UHGV virus genome: UHGV-0332176
DNA length: 64,000 nt
Direction: 5' to 3' (one strand)
From: a virus
Positions 48,145-57,560 of the stretch are shown piece after piece. Position 1 is the stretch's first letter; each line of letters begins with the position of its first letter. The translations under genes and the position numbers were made by a program. Under the pieces are notes generated by a model. That model worked only from the letters and a program-made list of their open reading frames with translations. It was not told the origin of the DNA and searched no databases.

Positions 48145-48669
48145 ATGTTTGAAGAAATTGTTACTCAATATGGGTCATCAGAACCAATACAATCATCAAA
48201 TAATTTAATTATGTCAGATAAATCTGATAAAAAAATAGTTATCTCTTTCCCTCTTTTAATGAGAATAATGGAATGGTGTCACGAAGATGCTAAAGATGAT
48301 GTTGAATTACATAAAGTTATGGAAAAATTAATTGCATTTAATGATGGAATCAATCCGCTAACAATTGATGTTTATGATTGTTTAATTGATGGTGTTGAAT
48401 TATCAAATACATCTGAATTAAATGATTTAGTAGAACCAATGAAAGCAGGTTGTTTTTCAGAATATGATATGTCAGATGCTGTTAATACAGTAAAAAAATC
48501 ATATGATGAAATGAAACCTTTAGTTCCAACATTTTCTTGGGAACAAGGTTTAGATGATAATTCAACGATTATTAATTTAAATAATGAAGATTGTTCAAAC
48601 CAAGCACAAGAAATTGATTCAGATATGGAAAAAGAAATTCAAAATTTAATTAATTTAAGTAAATTATAA
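48145..48669 (+). CDS. acidic hypothetical protein
   Basis: 174 aa. Confidence 0.5.
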   Translation: MFEEIVTQYGSSEPIQSSNNLIMSDKSDKKIVISFPLLMRIMEWCHEDAKDDVELHKVMEKLIAFNDGINPLTIDVYDCLIDGVELSNTSELNDLVEPMKAGCFSEYDMSDAVNTVKKSYDEMKPLVPTFSWEQGLDDNSTIINLNNEDCSNQAQEIDSDMEKEIQNLINLSKL

Positions 48670-48681
48670 TTAGGATATTAA

Positions 48682-51420
48682 ATGGCAATTAATTGGATAA
48701 CTGCACAAGGAATTTTATTAAAAGATTATGAAGAAGCACCTGCTAATAATATTTTTATACAGGTTGAACCAACAACTTCAATAATCAAAAAAATAGCAGG
48801 AGAATATCCATTAAATATGGATTTAGTTTATGTTGAACCAGGAAAGTATCAATTAATAAGTACAACTGGTAAATTGCCAATTGTTAATGAAGAAACAACT
48901 TATTATTTTACATTAAGAGCTGAAAATGAAGATGAATATTCAGACAGATGGTTTGGAATAACTATTTTAAATAAACAAACTGATTGGGATATGCCAGAAA
49001 CATATTTTGAATATTCAGAAACATCTTATGTTTCATTACAAATGAAATTATTAAATGCTCAAGGAAATGAAGAATTTTTTAAAATATCTGGTGAAATGCC
49101 ACCAAGTTTATTAATTAATAAATCTGGATTAATTTATGGAATAGTTGATGAACAAGATAAAGAAAAAACATTTTATTTTACAATTGGTGTTCGCCGTGAT
49201 GATAACATTATCTTAACAAAAGATTTTAGTATAAAAGTTGTTAAATTATCATCATTAAATGAACCGATTTGGATTACTGAAGCAGGTTTTTTAGGTGTTT
49301 TAGAATATGATGAATCTTCTAATTTATTTGTTAAAGCGTATGACCCGAATGGTTTACCAATAACGTATACTTTATCAACATCAGGTAATGATAATTTACC
49401 ACCTGGTTTATATTTAGATGAAAATACAGGTAAAATTAAGGGTCGCTTATCAACTCGTTATACTGATACTTGGAATTTTACTATTAATGTAACTAATGGA
49501 GATTATACAGTTTCTCGTGATTTTTATATTAATACGAATGTAATTTCAGAAAATAATAAAATTGAATGGGTTTCTGAATCTTTATTAGGGAATATTGCTA
49601 TTGGAAATAATGTATATATTCAATTAGAAACTAATTCTAAAAAAACAGTAAATTATACTATTGTTAGTGGAAATTTACCAGCGGGTTTATCATTTTCATC
49701 AACTGGTTCAATAAATGGTGTTCTGGAATATCAAGAAATTAAACCTTACTCTTTTATTGTTGAAGCATCTAATGGTTCAAATGTTATTCAAAAAGAATTT
49801 ACAATTAATGTTATTAAAGGGTTAGGTCAAAATGCATTAAAATGTTTTTATTATATTAATAATGAATATATGGTTGAATATAATGAAATGAAAAACTCTT
49901 TTGATACAGAAACTGCTTATCAACCATTAAATAGCAAATATGATATTAATACAAAACCTCGTTTAGATATTTGTACATTAAATTGCTTTGATAAAATTTT
50001 ATTAAAACATATATTAAATTTTAATTCAACAGATTCTTATCATTGGAAACGAACTGTTAAACAAGATTTTAATAATATATATTCAGTTTATTATAAAGAA
50101 TTACAAGAAGTTAATAGTGATTCAAACACTTATCATATAAATGGAAATAAAACTTTTATTAAACAATCAGAAACTTCACCAACTGGTTGGGTTACTGAAT
50201 ATGGAAATACTCCAATTCAACCTAATTCAACATTAGGTAATGATTGGATAGATGGTAAAAAATATTATATTAATTCTTTTAATGAAAAAATTTATATAGA
50301 ATTTTTAAATGATTCAATGTATTATGAAATAGAAACTTTAAAAATTGTACCTTTTGGAACACCTATTTTTAAAGAACAAAAAACTTTTCAAAATGAATTA
50401 ATTGAATATCTTTATATTTTAAATAATGAAAATAAAATTTATGTAACACAAGCTGCTGATAATCAATTATTAAATATTGAAACACAAACAGTTTTATCAG
50501 ATACAAAAGAAAATATTGAAGTATTACAAGATGAAAGAACAAGAAGATGGTATTTTATTCCTGATAGTTCTTTAAATATTGTACCTGCATCAGTAACAGG
50601 TATTAGAGATGCTTTAAATACTCAAATTTTTGTTGAAAAGAATAATAATTTAAATGTTGTTTATGATGTAGCAACACAAGTTATTATAAATGGAATTGAT
50701 ACATCTAAAAAATTTATAATTAAATGGGATAATGAACGAAAAACTTATTATACAGAATTTAATGGGGAAGAAGTTTATTTAGATGTATATGCTGTATTAG
50801 AAACTGACCCAACAAAAACACCAATTCAAGTTGAAGGATTTATTAATGGTACAAATTATCAATTAGTTAGAGTATGGCAACAATTTAATAACACAGATGT
50901 TGATTATTTAAATTATTTGGTTTATGAAAAAGGTACTAATAAATTAGAAGAAAATATTATTTTTGAATTAGATTGGAATAAAGGAAGTGAATTCATTATT
51001 CAAAATGGTGTTGTTCATTTTATTAGTTATATTGATACTCCTTGGATGTATAAACCAGAATTAAATGAATCAGTTGGTTATGGTGAAGAAATAGTTTTAC
51101 CTTATATTTTAGATTATGATGTTAGAGATATAAATTCAAAGCCATATATCTATTTTTTTGATAAAGAAAATGAATCTTTAATTGAATGGAAAAATAGATA
51201 TTATCCAACACTTGATTTATTTTATTCAATACCAAATACAAATGTTGTATCATTATCTAATTTAAATCAACAAGAACGTGATGGAAAATATTGGACTGGT
51301 AAAAAATTTGTATTTTTTGAAGTAACATTTGAACCTATTTATAATAAAAATATTGACATTTTCTCAATACAATTTTACAATCATAATCAAGAATATTCAC
51401 CAGAATTTCAATTAATTTAG
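48682..51420 (+). CDS. large virion structural protein (912 aa)
   Basis: Long ORF with repeated Ig-like segments (..LPPGLYLDENTGKIKG.., ..LPAGLSFSSTGSINGV..). Confidence 0.55.
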   Translation: MAINWITAQGILLKDYEEAPANNIFIQVEPTTSIIKKIAGEYPLNMDLVYVEPGKYQLISTTGKLPIVNEETTYYFTLRAENEDEYSDRWFGITILNKQTDWDMPETYFEYSETSYVSLQMKLLNAQGNEEFFKISGEMPPSLLINKSGLIYGIVDEQDKEKTFYFTIGVRRDDNIILTKDFSIKVVKLSSLNEPIWITEAGFLGVLEYDESSNLFVKAYDPNGLPITYTLSTSGNDNLPPGLYLDENTGKIKGRLSTRYTDTWNFTINVTNGDYTVSRDFYINTNVISENNKIEWVSESLLGNIAIGNNVYIQLETNSKKTVNYTIVSGNLPAGLSFSSTGSINGVLEYQEIKPYSFIVEASNGSNVIQKEFTINVIKGLGQNALKCFYYINNEYMVEYNEMKNSFDTETAYQPLNSKYDINTKPRLDICTLNCFDKILLKHILNFNSTDSYHWKRTVKQDFNNIYSVYYKELQEVNSDSNTYHINGNKTFIKQSETSPTGWVTEYGNTPIQPNSTLGNDWIDGKKYYINSFNEKIYIEFLNDSMYYEIETLKIVPFGTPIFKEQKTFQNELIEYLYILNNENKIYVTQAADNQLLNIETQTVLSDTKENIEVLQDERTRRWYFIPDSSLNIVPASVTGIRDALNTQIFVEKNNNLNVVYDVATQVIINGIDTSKKFIIKWDNERKTYYTEFNGEEVYLDVYAVLETDPTKTPIQVEGFINGTNYQLVRVWQQFNNTDVDYLNYLVYEKGTNKLEENIIFELDWNKGSEFIIQNGVVHFISYIDTPWMYKPELNESVGYGEEIVLPYILDYDVRDINSKPYIYFFDKENESLIEWKNRYYPTLDLFYSIPNTNVVSLSNLNQQERDGKYWTGKKFVFFEVTFEPIYNKNIDIFSIQFYNHNQEYSPEFQLI

Positions 51421-51429
51421 GAGAATAAA

Positions 51430-51693
51430 ATGACAATGATTTTCTTTGAAGCAGATAAATTGAAAAATTTATCTAATATAGAGCTTATTAATAAAAGACA
51501 AGAATTAGAAGAACAATTATCTTCTGTTAAAAAAAATATAGTTTCATCTGATATTTTAAATTCAATGAATATGATACTTGAATATTATACTAATGAAATT
51601 GATGTAAGAATTGCATCGGGAACATTAGATATGGATGAAATTGAAGAATTAGAAGAAGAAAACTTTTTTAAGAAAATGAATGACAGAAAATAA
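51430..51693 (+). CDS. hypothetical small protein
   Basis: 87 aa. Confidence 0.45.
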   Translation: MTMIFFEADKLKNLSNIELINKRQELEEQLSSVKKNIVSSDILNSMNMILEYYTNEIDVRIASGTLDMDEIEELEEENFFKKMNDRK

Positions 51694-52213
51694 AGTAATT
51701 AATTTAGGAAATAGAGTTATTGATAATGATGGTAATGTTGTCTATTGTGTAGATGCATTAATAGAATTATTATATAATGGAGAAATACCATCTGAAATCT
51801 TATTTCCATATAATAATGAAGATGTTTTATTATTTAATAAATTTTCTTATGAAAATTTTGATGATATACAATATACATTACCAAAAAAATTATTAAGTGT
51901 GGAAGAAAGAAAAAATTTTTGGTTTTATCCCGATAGATATGATAATATTAATTTAGAAGAATATTTTTTAAATCTTTGTCAAACAGATATTGAACGACAA
52001 CGAGTTAAAGAAGAATTAGAACTTTATAAAGAAAAAGGATTTGAAAAATTTTTAAGATTTTGTATCTTTTTTTCCGATAAAATTATAGAAAATGATTGGG
52101 TAATTGGAGTTGGGCGTGGCTCATCTTGTGCTTCATACTTATTATATCTATTAAAAATACATTTAGTTGATTCAATAAAATATAATTTAGATATAAAGGA
52201 ATTTTTAAAATAA
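51680..52213 (+). CDS. hypothetical protein
   Basis: 177 aa. Confidence 0.45.
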   Translation: MTENKVINLGNRVIDNDGNVVYCVDALIELLYNGEIPSEILFPYNNEDVLLFNKFSYENFDDIQYTLPKKLLSVEERKNFWFYPDRYDNINLEEYFLNLCQTDIERQRVKEELELYKEKGFEKFLRFCIFFSDKIIENDWVIGVGRGSSCASYLLYLLKIHLVDSIKYNLDIKEFLK

Positions 52214-52941
52214 TGATTTTATATAATGATGATTGTTTAAAAATATTACCAATAATTGAAAGTAAATCAATTGATATGATTTGTTCTGATTTACCTTATG
52301 AAGTTACACAAAATAAATCAGATATTAAAATTCCTTTTGAACCATTGTGGAAAGAATATGAAAGAATAATTAAAGATAATGGATGTATTGCATTATTTGG
52401 TCAAGGAATTTTTTATGTTGATTTAGTAAATTCAAATCGTAAATTATTTAGATATGATTTAATTTGGAATAAAGTTTTAACAAGTGGTTTTTTAAATGCT
52501 AAAAGAATGCCTTTAAGACAACACGAACAAATTGCAATTTTTTATAAAAAATTGCCAACATATAACCCTCAATTTATTCAAGGAAAACCATCTCACGATA
52601 AAGGAACTGCTTATAAAACAAAAGAAACAGTAAATCAAAATTATGGTTATTATAAAGCAGTTGACGATGAACGCAAAGGTTCAACAGAAAAATATCCAAC
52701 AAGTATTTTAAAATTTATTAAACCTCATCCAAGTATTGCTAAACATAGAACAGAAAAATCTATTGAATGCTTAGAATGGCTTATTAAAACTTATACAAAT
52801 GAAGGTGAAACAGTTTTAGATAATTGTATGGGAGCAGGTTCGTGTGGTATTGCTTGTAAAAATACTAATAGAAATTTTATAGGTATTGAGTTAGATAAAC
52901 ATTATTTTGATATTGCAAAGGAAAGAATAACTAATGGATAA
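52213..52941 (+). CDS. DNA methyltransferase, beta-class (N6-adenine or N4-cytosine)
   Basis: The N-terminal DLPYEV (DPPY-like motif IV) is followed by a C-terminal LDNCMGAGSCGIA (motif I, FxGxG). This permuted order is typical of the beta group. Confidence 0.65.
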   Translation: MILYNDDCLKILPIIESKSIDMICSDLPYEVTQNKSDIKIPFEPLWKEYERIIKDNGCIALFGQGIFYVDLVNSNRKLFRYDLIWNKVLTSGFLNAKRMPLRQHEQIAIFYKKLPTYNPQFIQGKPSHDKGTAYKTKETVNQNYGYYKAVDDERKGSTEKYPTSILKFIKPHPSIAKHRTEKSIECLEWLIKTYTNEGETVLDNCMGAGSCGIACKNTNRNFIGIELDKHYFDIAKERITNG

Positions 52942-53311
52942 AGAATTTTTAAATAACTTATTTTTATGGTTAGCTGAACAACATATGAAAGATGTTGGTG
53001 GACAATTTGGACATTGGAATGAACGAGAAATTTTTAGTGATACAGAAAAAGATGAATATGGTTGTCCAAAATTTTTGGGAGTTGAAGAACTTCCAATAGA
53101 AGAATTATATGAAATTGTTGATAACCCAGTAGGTGATAAACAAGAATATAATGATTTATTTTTAGAAGAAACACCTGATGAATATAAATTTATCACATAT
53201 GAATATGTTGACCAGCAGGTTAATGGTGGTTATTCTGGTGATGATTATGCTGGCTATATATATTATCCATTACCAAATGGTAAATTTATGAAAGTTTATT
53301 ATAATTGTTAA
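52934..53311 (+). CDS. hypothetical acidic protein
   Basis: 125 aa. Confidence 0.45.
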   Translation: MDKEFLNNLFLWLAEQHMKDVGGQFGHWNEREIFSDTEKDEYGCPKFLGVEELPIEELYEIVDNPVGDKQEYNDLFLEETPDEYKFITYEYVDQQVNGGYSGDDYAGYIYYPLPNGKFMKVYYNC

Positions 53312-53320
53312 ATTTTTCTC

Positions 53321-53348
53321 TTGACAAGTAATTTTTCTATGTTATATT
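53321..53348 (+). promoter_or_regulatory. sigma70-type early promoter duplicated with its leader (compare 1356)
   Basis: ctcTTGACAagtaatttttctatgtTATATT, then a leader with the taacctt..aaggtta hairpin. Confidence 0.6.
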
Positions 53349-53384
53349 AACCTTATTAGAAACAAACAATGAAAGGTTAAAACA

Positions 53385-53843
53385 ATGGAAAAATATTTTA
53401 ATAAAAAACTTTATACAGATGTTCAATCTTGGAAAGTAATTGAACTTGATGAAGTTAAAGGTGAAGCAACAGTAATAGCTGTTGAAAAAGAACCTCAAAA
53501 TTTAGAATTTGTTGAAGGTGGATTTGCTGCTCATTGTGTAAACAATTATGAAGCATTTCAAAATGCTCCTATTGTTGAAGTTAAAGGTGCACAACCTTTC
53601 AAAGTTTACCGTAAAAAAGATGGTGTTTGGTATAAAAAGAACAAGGTTGGTTATTCTCTTGATAAAAGATTTGTTGATTTGGATGATTTAAAATCTAAAA
53701 TTGAAGATAATGAAGTAATTGAAGTTGATGAGTTCAGCGTTTACGTTTTAAAAGTTAAGAAAAATGGTCAATTACGAACAACTTTCACAAAATTTGGTGA
53801 AATGGAAGATGTTTGCCGTTATTTTTATGATTACAACTTTTAA
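53385..53843 (+). CDS. hypothetical early protein
   Basis: 152 aa. Confidence 0.5.
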   Translation: MEKYFNKKLYTDVQSWKVIELDEVKGEATVIAVEKEPQNLEFVEGGFAAHCVNNYEAFQNAPIVEVKGAQPFKVYRKKDGVWYKKNKVGYSLDKRFVDLDDLKSKIEDNEVIEVDEFSVYVLKVKKNGQLRTTFTKFGEMEDVCRYFYDYNF

Positions 53844-53857
53844 GAAGGAGAATAAAA

Positions 53858-54253
53858 ATGACTTCTAAAATTGATGAATTAAAAAGGCAATATGATGAAA
53901 TTGGTTTACAAATTGAATCATTGTATACTCAACGAATGAATATTGTAAATGAAATACATAATATTATTTTAAAAAATCATTTATATGAAACTGATTCAAT
54001 AAAATATGCTGAAAAGCATTTAGAAGAAATATCATTAATAATTGATAATGGCACAAGTATTGAAGTTGAGCATTTTAGAAATGTTAGTGTTGATGATGAT
54101 GGACATTTTAGTGCATATGATTGGGGAGAAATGAGTCATTCTGGTTATCGTTGGAGTGATTTAAAAAATTCTTATGTTACTGATAATTGTTTTGGTGATG
54201 ATAATGTACCTGTAAAAATTATTGGATTTTTTGATGTAAAAGTTGAAGAATAA
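53858..54253 (+). CDS. hypothetical protein
   Basis: 131 aa. Confidence 0.5.
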   Translation: MTSKIDELKRQYDEIGLQIESLYTQRMNIVNEIHNIILKNHLYETDSIKYAEKHLEEISLIIDNGTSIEVEHFRNVSVDDDGHFSAYDWGEMSHSGYRWSDLKNSYVTDNCFGDDNVPVKIIGFFDVKVEE

Positions 54254-54280
54254 AAAAATAAAAAAAATTAAAAAAAGTTC

Positions 54281-54309
54281 TTGACAAGTAAAATTATTTA
54301 TATTATATA
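54281..54309 (+). promoter_or_regulatory. early promoter (aaaaaGTTCTTGACA family)
   Basis: aaaaaagttcTTGACAagtaaaattatttatatTATATA. Confidence 0.55.
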
Positions 54310-54533
54310 TGTAAAAACAGAGAGGAAATGAGGTGAGATACCTTATTGAAAAAATTGAGTAAGAAGTACAATGAAAGATTTTTGATGGTGTATAAAAGCA
54401 ACACTCTGACAGTTATAAAAGTATTTTACAATATTTTTAATAGAGATATTATAAAATATTTTTAAAATTTTTAATTTATTATTATAAATATCTTATGAAT
54501 GAATAAATATTTTTGAAAAGAATAAAAAAAATC

Positions 54534-54562
54534 TTGACAATTAAAATAAATAAGTTTATAAG
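54534..54562 (+). promoter_or_regulatory. early promoter
   Basis: aaaaatcTTGACAattaaaataaataagttTATAAG with a 17-nt spacer. Confidence 0.55.
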
Positions 54563-54589
54563 AAAGTTATTAAAGGAAAAAAGTTTAAA

Positions 54590-54670
54590 ATGATACACAG
54601 TAATGTGGAAAATAATAGAGATTATCAAATGTTTGCGATTAAACCTGCAAGCAAAAGGGCTTATATGTAA
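54590..54670 (+). CDS. possible 26-aa microprotein between promoter 54534 and terminator 54701
   Basis: MIHSNVENNRDYQMFAIKPASKRAYM. Weak RBS (aaagga). Confidence 0.25.
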   Translation: MIHSNVENNRDYQMFAIKPASKRAYM

Positions 54671-54700
54671 CTATACATAGATATAAAAATAGATACAAAA

Positions 54701-54740
54701 TAAGCTCTAAAAAGAAAATCTTTAGAGCTTTTTCTTTTTA
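54701..54740 (+). terminator. rho-independent terminator
   Basis: aagctctaaaaagaaaatctttagagctttttcttttt. Confidence 0.7.
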
Positions 54741-54763
54741 ATAAAAATAAATTAAAAAAGTTC

Positions 54764-54792
54764 TTGACATTAAAAAATAAATGATGTATAAG
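54764..54792 (+). promoter_or_regulatory. early promoter
   Basis: aaaaaagttcTTGACAttaaaaaataaatgatgTATAAG. Confidence 0.55.
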
Positions 54793-54860
54793 AACAAATA
54801 TTGAAAGAAATTGAAAACATAAGTTGAAAAAAATCTTTCAAAAATATTTAAAAAAAGTTC

Positions 54861-54889
54861 TTGACAAACAAAATTAAATAGTTTATAAA
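54861..54889 (+). promoter_or_regulatory. early promoter
   Basis: aaaaaagttcTTGACAaacaaaattaaatagttTATAAA. Confidence 0.55.
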
Positions 54890-54896
54890 GAACACA

Positions 54897-55380
54897 TAAG
54901 AACGAAAGTTCTTGTTATAAAAGAAAAAATGGAGACCTTGCTCCTTGATAAACTTTAAATAATCTAAATCACCAAGGGATAACCTGACGACCATATAGTG
55001 TAACAGCGGATATGGAGAACGGTTTGAGAGAGATAGCAAAAACCTCTCAATTTATATAAATTGTTAATATCTGAAAAGATGAGAACTTTGTTGTATAACG
55101 ATGGCAGTATCGGAGACTGGAAAAATGCTTCGGATTAACAATTTATATAAATTATTCAATTAAAAGAAAAATATTAAATATATCCGTGAAATACCTCCTT
55201 TTTATGTTTCCGAAAATTAAAAACATTGATTGAATAATTTAAATTATGTCTCGACTCTTGAAAGATAGAATATCGGGGCGACAATTTGAAATATAATTGT
55301 CCGTTATGGGTGATGTTGGAAAGGTTAGCGAATCCCGAATCATACGAAAATGATAAAATAAGAAAACCTTTCAATATTTA
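54897..55380 (+). ncRNA. candidate non-coding transcript(s) downstream of promoter 54861, leading into the tRNA cluster
   Basis: No plausible ORF. It contains hairpins and two copies of the 16-bp palindrome caatttatataaattg (55048-55063 and 55139-55153). Confidence 0.25.
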
Positions 55381-55382
55381 AT

Positions 55383-55469
55383 GGGCAGGCTGCGAAGTTG
55401 GAGAGTCGCCTTTGACTGTAAATCAAATCCCTTCGGGGTGAGTGTGTTCGAATCACACCCTGCCCACCA
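55383..55469 (+). tRNA. tRNA-Tyr (anticodon GTA), type II with a long variable arm
   Basis: Acceptor gggcagg/cctgccc, D arm gcga..tcgc, anticodon stem tttga/tcaaa with loop ctGTAaa, variable hairpin, T arm gtgtg ttcgaat cacac, ends ACCA. Confidence 0.8.
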
Positions 55470-55602
55470 TTTAAAATATATTATTTAATTAGTTAATTTG
55501 ATGAAATATATATTTAGTTAATATATAAAATAATCTATGAAAGAAGTGAAAATTCTTTCATATTATTTAACTAATAAACTTTAACTAATTAAATAATATA
55601 TT

Positions 55603-55679
55603 GGACATATAGCTCAGTCCAGTAGAGCACCAGACTGAAAATCTGGGTGTCGGTGGAGCGAAGCCACCTGTGTCCACCA
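55603..55679 (+). tRNA. tRNA-Phe (GAA)
   Basis: Acceptor ggacata/tgtgtcc (one G-U pair), anticodon stem ccaga/tctgg with loop ctGAAaa. The T loop is unusual (agcgaag). Ends CCA. Confidence 0.65.
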
Positions 55680-55820
55680 ATTTTAAAAATATGGAACTCA
55701 TAAAAGTAATATTATTAGTATGCTATTAGCGATATAGACGAAAGTGAAAATAATATGAAATGAACGGAGTTTAAATTCCATAGACTATATTCGAAAAGAT
55801 AGGTATAGTCATTTATAAAT

Positions 55821-55897
55821 GGGCCAGTAGTTCAGCTGGGAGAACGCCTGCTTTGCACGCAGGATGTCGTGGGTTCAAGCCCCACCTGTGTCCACCA
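55821..55897 (+). tRNA. tRNA-Ala (TGC), possibly defective (acceptor stem mismatched)
   Basis: The body matches tRNA-Ala (gttcagctgggagaac, cctgc tttgcac gcagg, gtggg ttcaagc cccac). The 3' strand ctgtgtcc does not pair with the 5' strand gggccag (ctggccc would be expected). The last 21 nt are identical to the 3' end of the tRNA-Phe gene. Confidence 0.45.
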
Positions 55898-55904
55898 ATT
55901 TTAT

Positions 55905-55980
55905 TCCTCGTTAGCTCAATGGTTAGAGCAATCGGCTGTTAACCGATAGGTTTGGGGTTCGAGTCCCTAACGGGGAGCCA
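55905..55980 (+). tRNA. tRNA-Asn (GTT)
   Basis: Acceptor tcctcgt/acgggga, D arm gctc aatggtta gagc, anticodon stem atcgg/ccgat with loop ctGTTaa, T arm tgggg ttcgagt cccta, ends GCCA. Confidence 0.8.
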
Positions 55981-56301
55981 CTTTTTAATAAAAGTTTTGT
56001 ATGAAAACTAGTGAGTAATACAAAAAGTTTAACCCAACTGTACTTCAACAGGGTTCTTACAGAAGAAATAATCTGTCGTAGGATAGAAAATGTCTATGTT
56101 ATGGAAGTGTACACCAAAGTTTTGGCGTTTGAGTGGTAGTTACCAAATAAAACTATAAACTACCATATTTACAGTTTTTAGCTTAACATTATGTTAAGTA
56201 TTACAGAAAAAGTCTTTTGGGTCTCTACCAAAAGCGTTGAACTGGACGGCTATGGGCAGATGGTTCTTATGTAGAATACGATAAATTCTACAATTTTATA
56301 T

Positions 56302-56380
56302 CGGGTAGTCGCCTAATCTGGTATGGCACTTGCTTTGGGAGCAAGAAAAATTGGCGGTTCAAATCCGTCCTACCCGACCA
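56302..56380 (+). tRNA. tRNA-Pro (TGG)
   Basis: Acceptor cgggtag/ctacccg, anticodon stem cttgc/gcaag with loop ttTGGga, T arm ggcgg ttcaaat ccgtc, ends ACCA. Confidence 0.75.
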
Positions 56381-56429
56381 TATATTTAATAAATACTTGT
56401 ATAAATAACAAGTTAAGGATTATTAAGTC

Positions 56430-57011
56430 GTGATTAATAGATTTGAAAAGATAGAAAATGAAAAATTTATAGAAATATTTAATACTTCTGAAAGTAAAGG
56501 TGAAATTTGTCGTAAATTAAATATGCATAATAATGGTAAATCTATGAAATATATTAATGCAATGATTAAAGAACTTGGTTTGAATATAAATATTTTTAAA
56601 GAAAATCATTTCAATAAATATCATATAAAAAAGATTTGCCCTGTATGTGGTAAAGAATTTATTACAACAACAACGGAAAAAGGTAAGAATAAGGTATGTT
56701 GCTCATATTCGTGTGCTAATACTTATTTTCGTAGTGGTGAAAATAATGGAATGTATAAAAATTCTAATCTTTCAGGAAGAAATTCTTATTCAACTATTTG
56801 TTTTAGACATCATCCTCATAAGTGTTGTATATGTGGCGAAGAAAATATAGTTGCTGTTCATCATTATGATGGTAATCATAATAATAATGATATAAGTAAT
56901 TTAATTCCTTTATGTCCAACACATCATTGTTATATACATTCACGATTCAAAAATAAAATACAAGATAAAGTTGATGAATATAGAAATAATTTTATAAAAT
57001 CAAATAGTTAA
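56430..57011 (+). CDS. HNH homing endonuclease with an N-terminal zinc-finger DNA-binding module (GTG start)
   Basis: CPVCGKEF..CCSYSCANTY (zinc finger, homologous to the N-terminus of 59708) and CCICGEENIVAVHHYDGNHNNNDISNLIPLCPTHHCYIH (HNH motif). It lies inside the tRNA cluster. Confidence 0.65.
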   Translation: MINRFEKIENEKFIEIFNTSESKGEICRKLNMHNNGKSMKYINAMIKELGLNINIFKENHFNKYHIKKICPVCGKEFITTTTEKGKNKVCCSYSCANTYFRSGENNGMYKNSNLSGRNSYSTICFRHHPHKCCICGEENIVAVHHYDGNHNNNDISNLIPLCPTHHCYIHSRFKNKIQDKVDEYRNNFIKSNS

Positions 57012-57285
57012 TAATTTTTCTAAATGGTGCTGAATTACCACAAGTACTTATTTCAGTTAAATGTAGTTGCAAAAAATATGGTCGCTCCATAAGAACTCAA
57101 GCCATTTAAACTTTGGGTTAATGCATACCAATAGTCCAAAGCATTCGAAGTCAGCCGCTTCGTAAAATAGGAGTATAGTTTTTTGAATATTTTGACTAGA
57201 CTATAAATATTCTCCATCTATGGAAGAAATAGTCGTGGATATTGACTAACCCGAAGTATTACGAGAAGATACTTCAAATTTTAAT

Positions 57286-57361
57286 GGTTCGGTGACAGAA
57301 CGATTAATGTACTCGCCTGCAAAGCGATGTTTAGTGGGTTTGACTCCCACCCGAATCTCCA
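57286..57361 (+). tRNA. possible tRNA-Cys (GCA) with a non-canonical D and T loop
   Basis: Acceptor ggttcgg/ccgaatc, anticodon loop ctGCAaa, T arm gtggg tttgact cccac, ends TCCA. It lacks the G18G19 and T54-psi55-C56 consensus, so it may be a pseudo-tRNA. Confidence 0.3.
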
Positions 57362-57531
57362 ATTTATTTTTTAAGAATGGTGAGAAATTGATTTACATAG
57401 ACTGGAAATCCGTGTGTAGAAAGTTCGATTCTTTCCCCATCGACCATTTAACGGTGGGTAGCTCATTGGTAGAGCAACGTTAAATGATAATCAATTGTTA
57501 TGTTCCTTCTTAATTTTTTATAAAAAAGTTC

Positions 57532-57560
57532 TTGACATTAAAAAATTATGTGTTATATTA
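57532..57560 (+). promoter_or_regulatory. early promoter (aaaaaGTTCTTGACA family) driving 57606..57839
   Basis: aaaaagttcTTGACAttaaaaaattatgtgtTATATT. Confidence 0.55.

Noticed and set aside
52891-53196. Minus-strand ORF overlapping the methyltransferase end and 52934..53311
   Set aside because: Antisense artefact.
54848-55374. Minus-strand ORFs 54848..55039 and 55174..55374
   Set aside because: They lie across early promoters and non-coding RNA region, antisense to transcription, with no RBS.
56647-56850. ORF 56647..56850 inside the HNH endonuclease gene
   Set aside because: Alternate frame of a gene with clear HNH motifs.
57292-57483. ORF 57292..57483 (63 aa)
   Set aside because: It overlaps the candidate tRNA-Cys and the tRNA fragments, and its translation reflects tRNA sequence.
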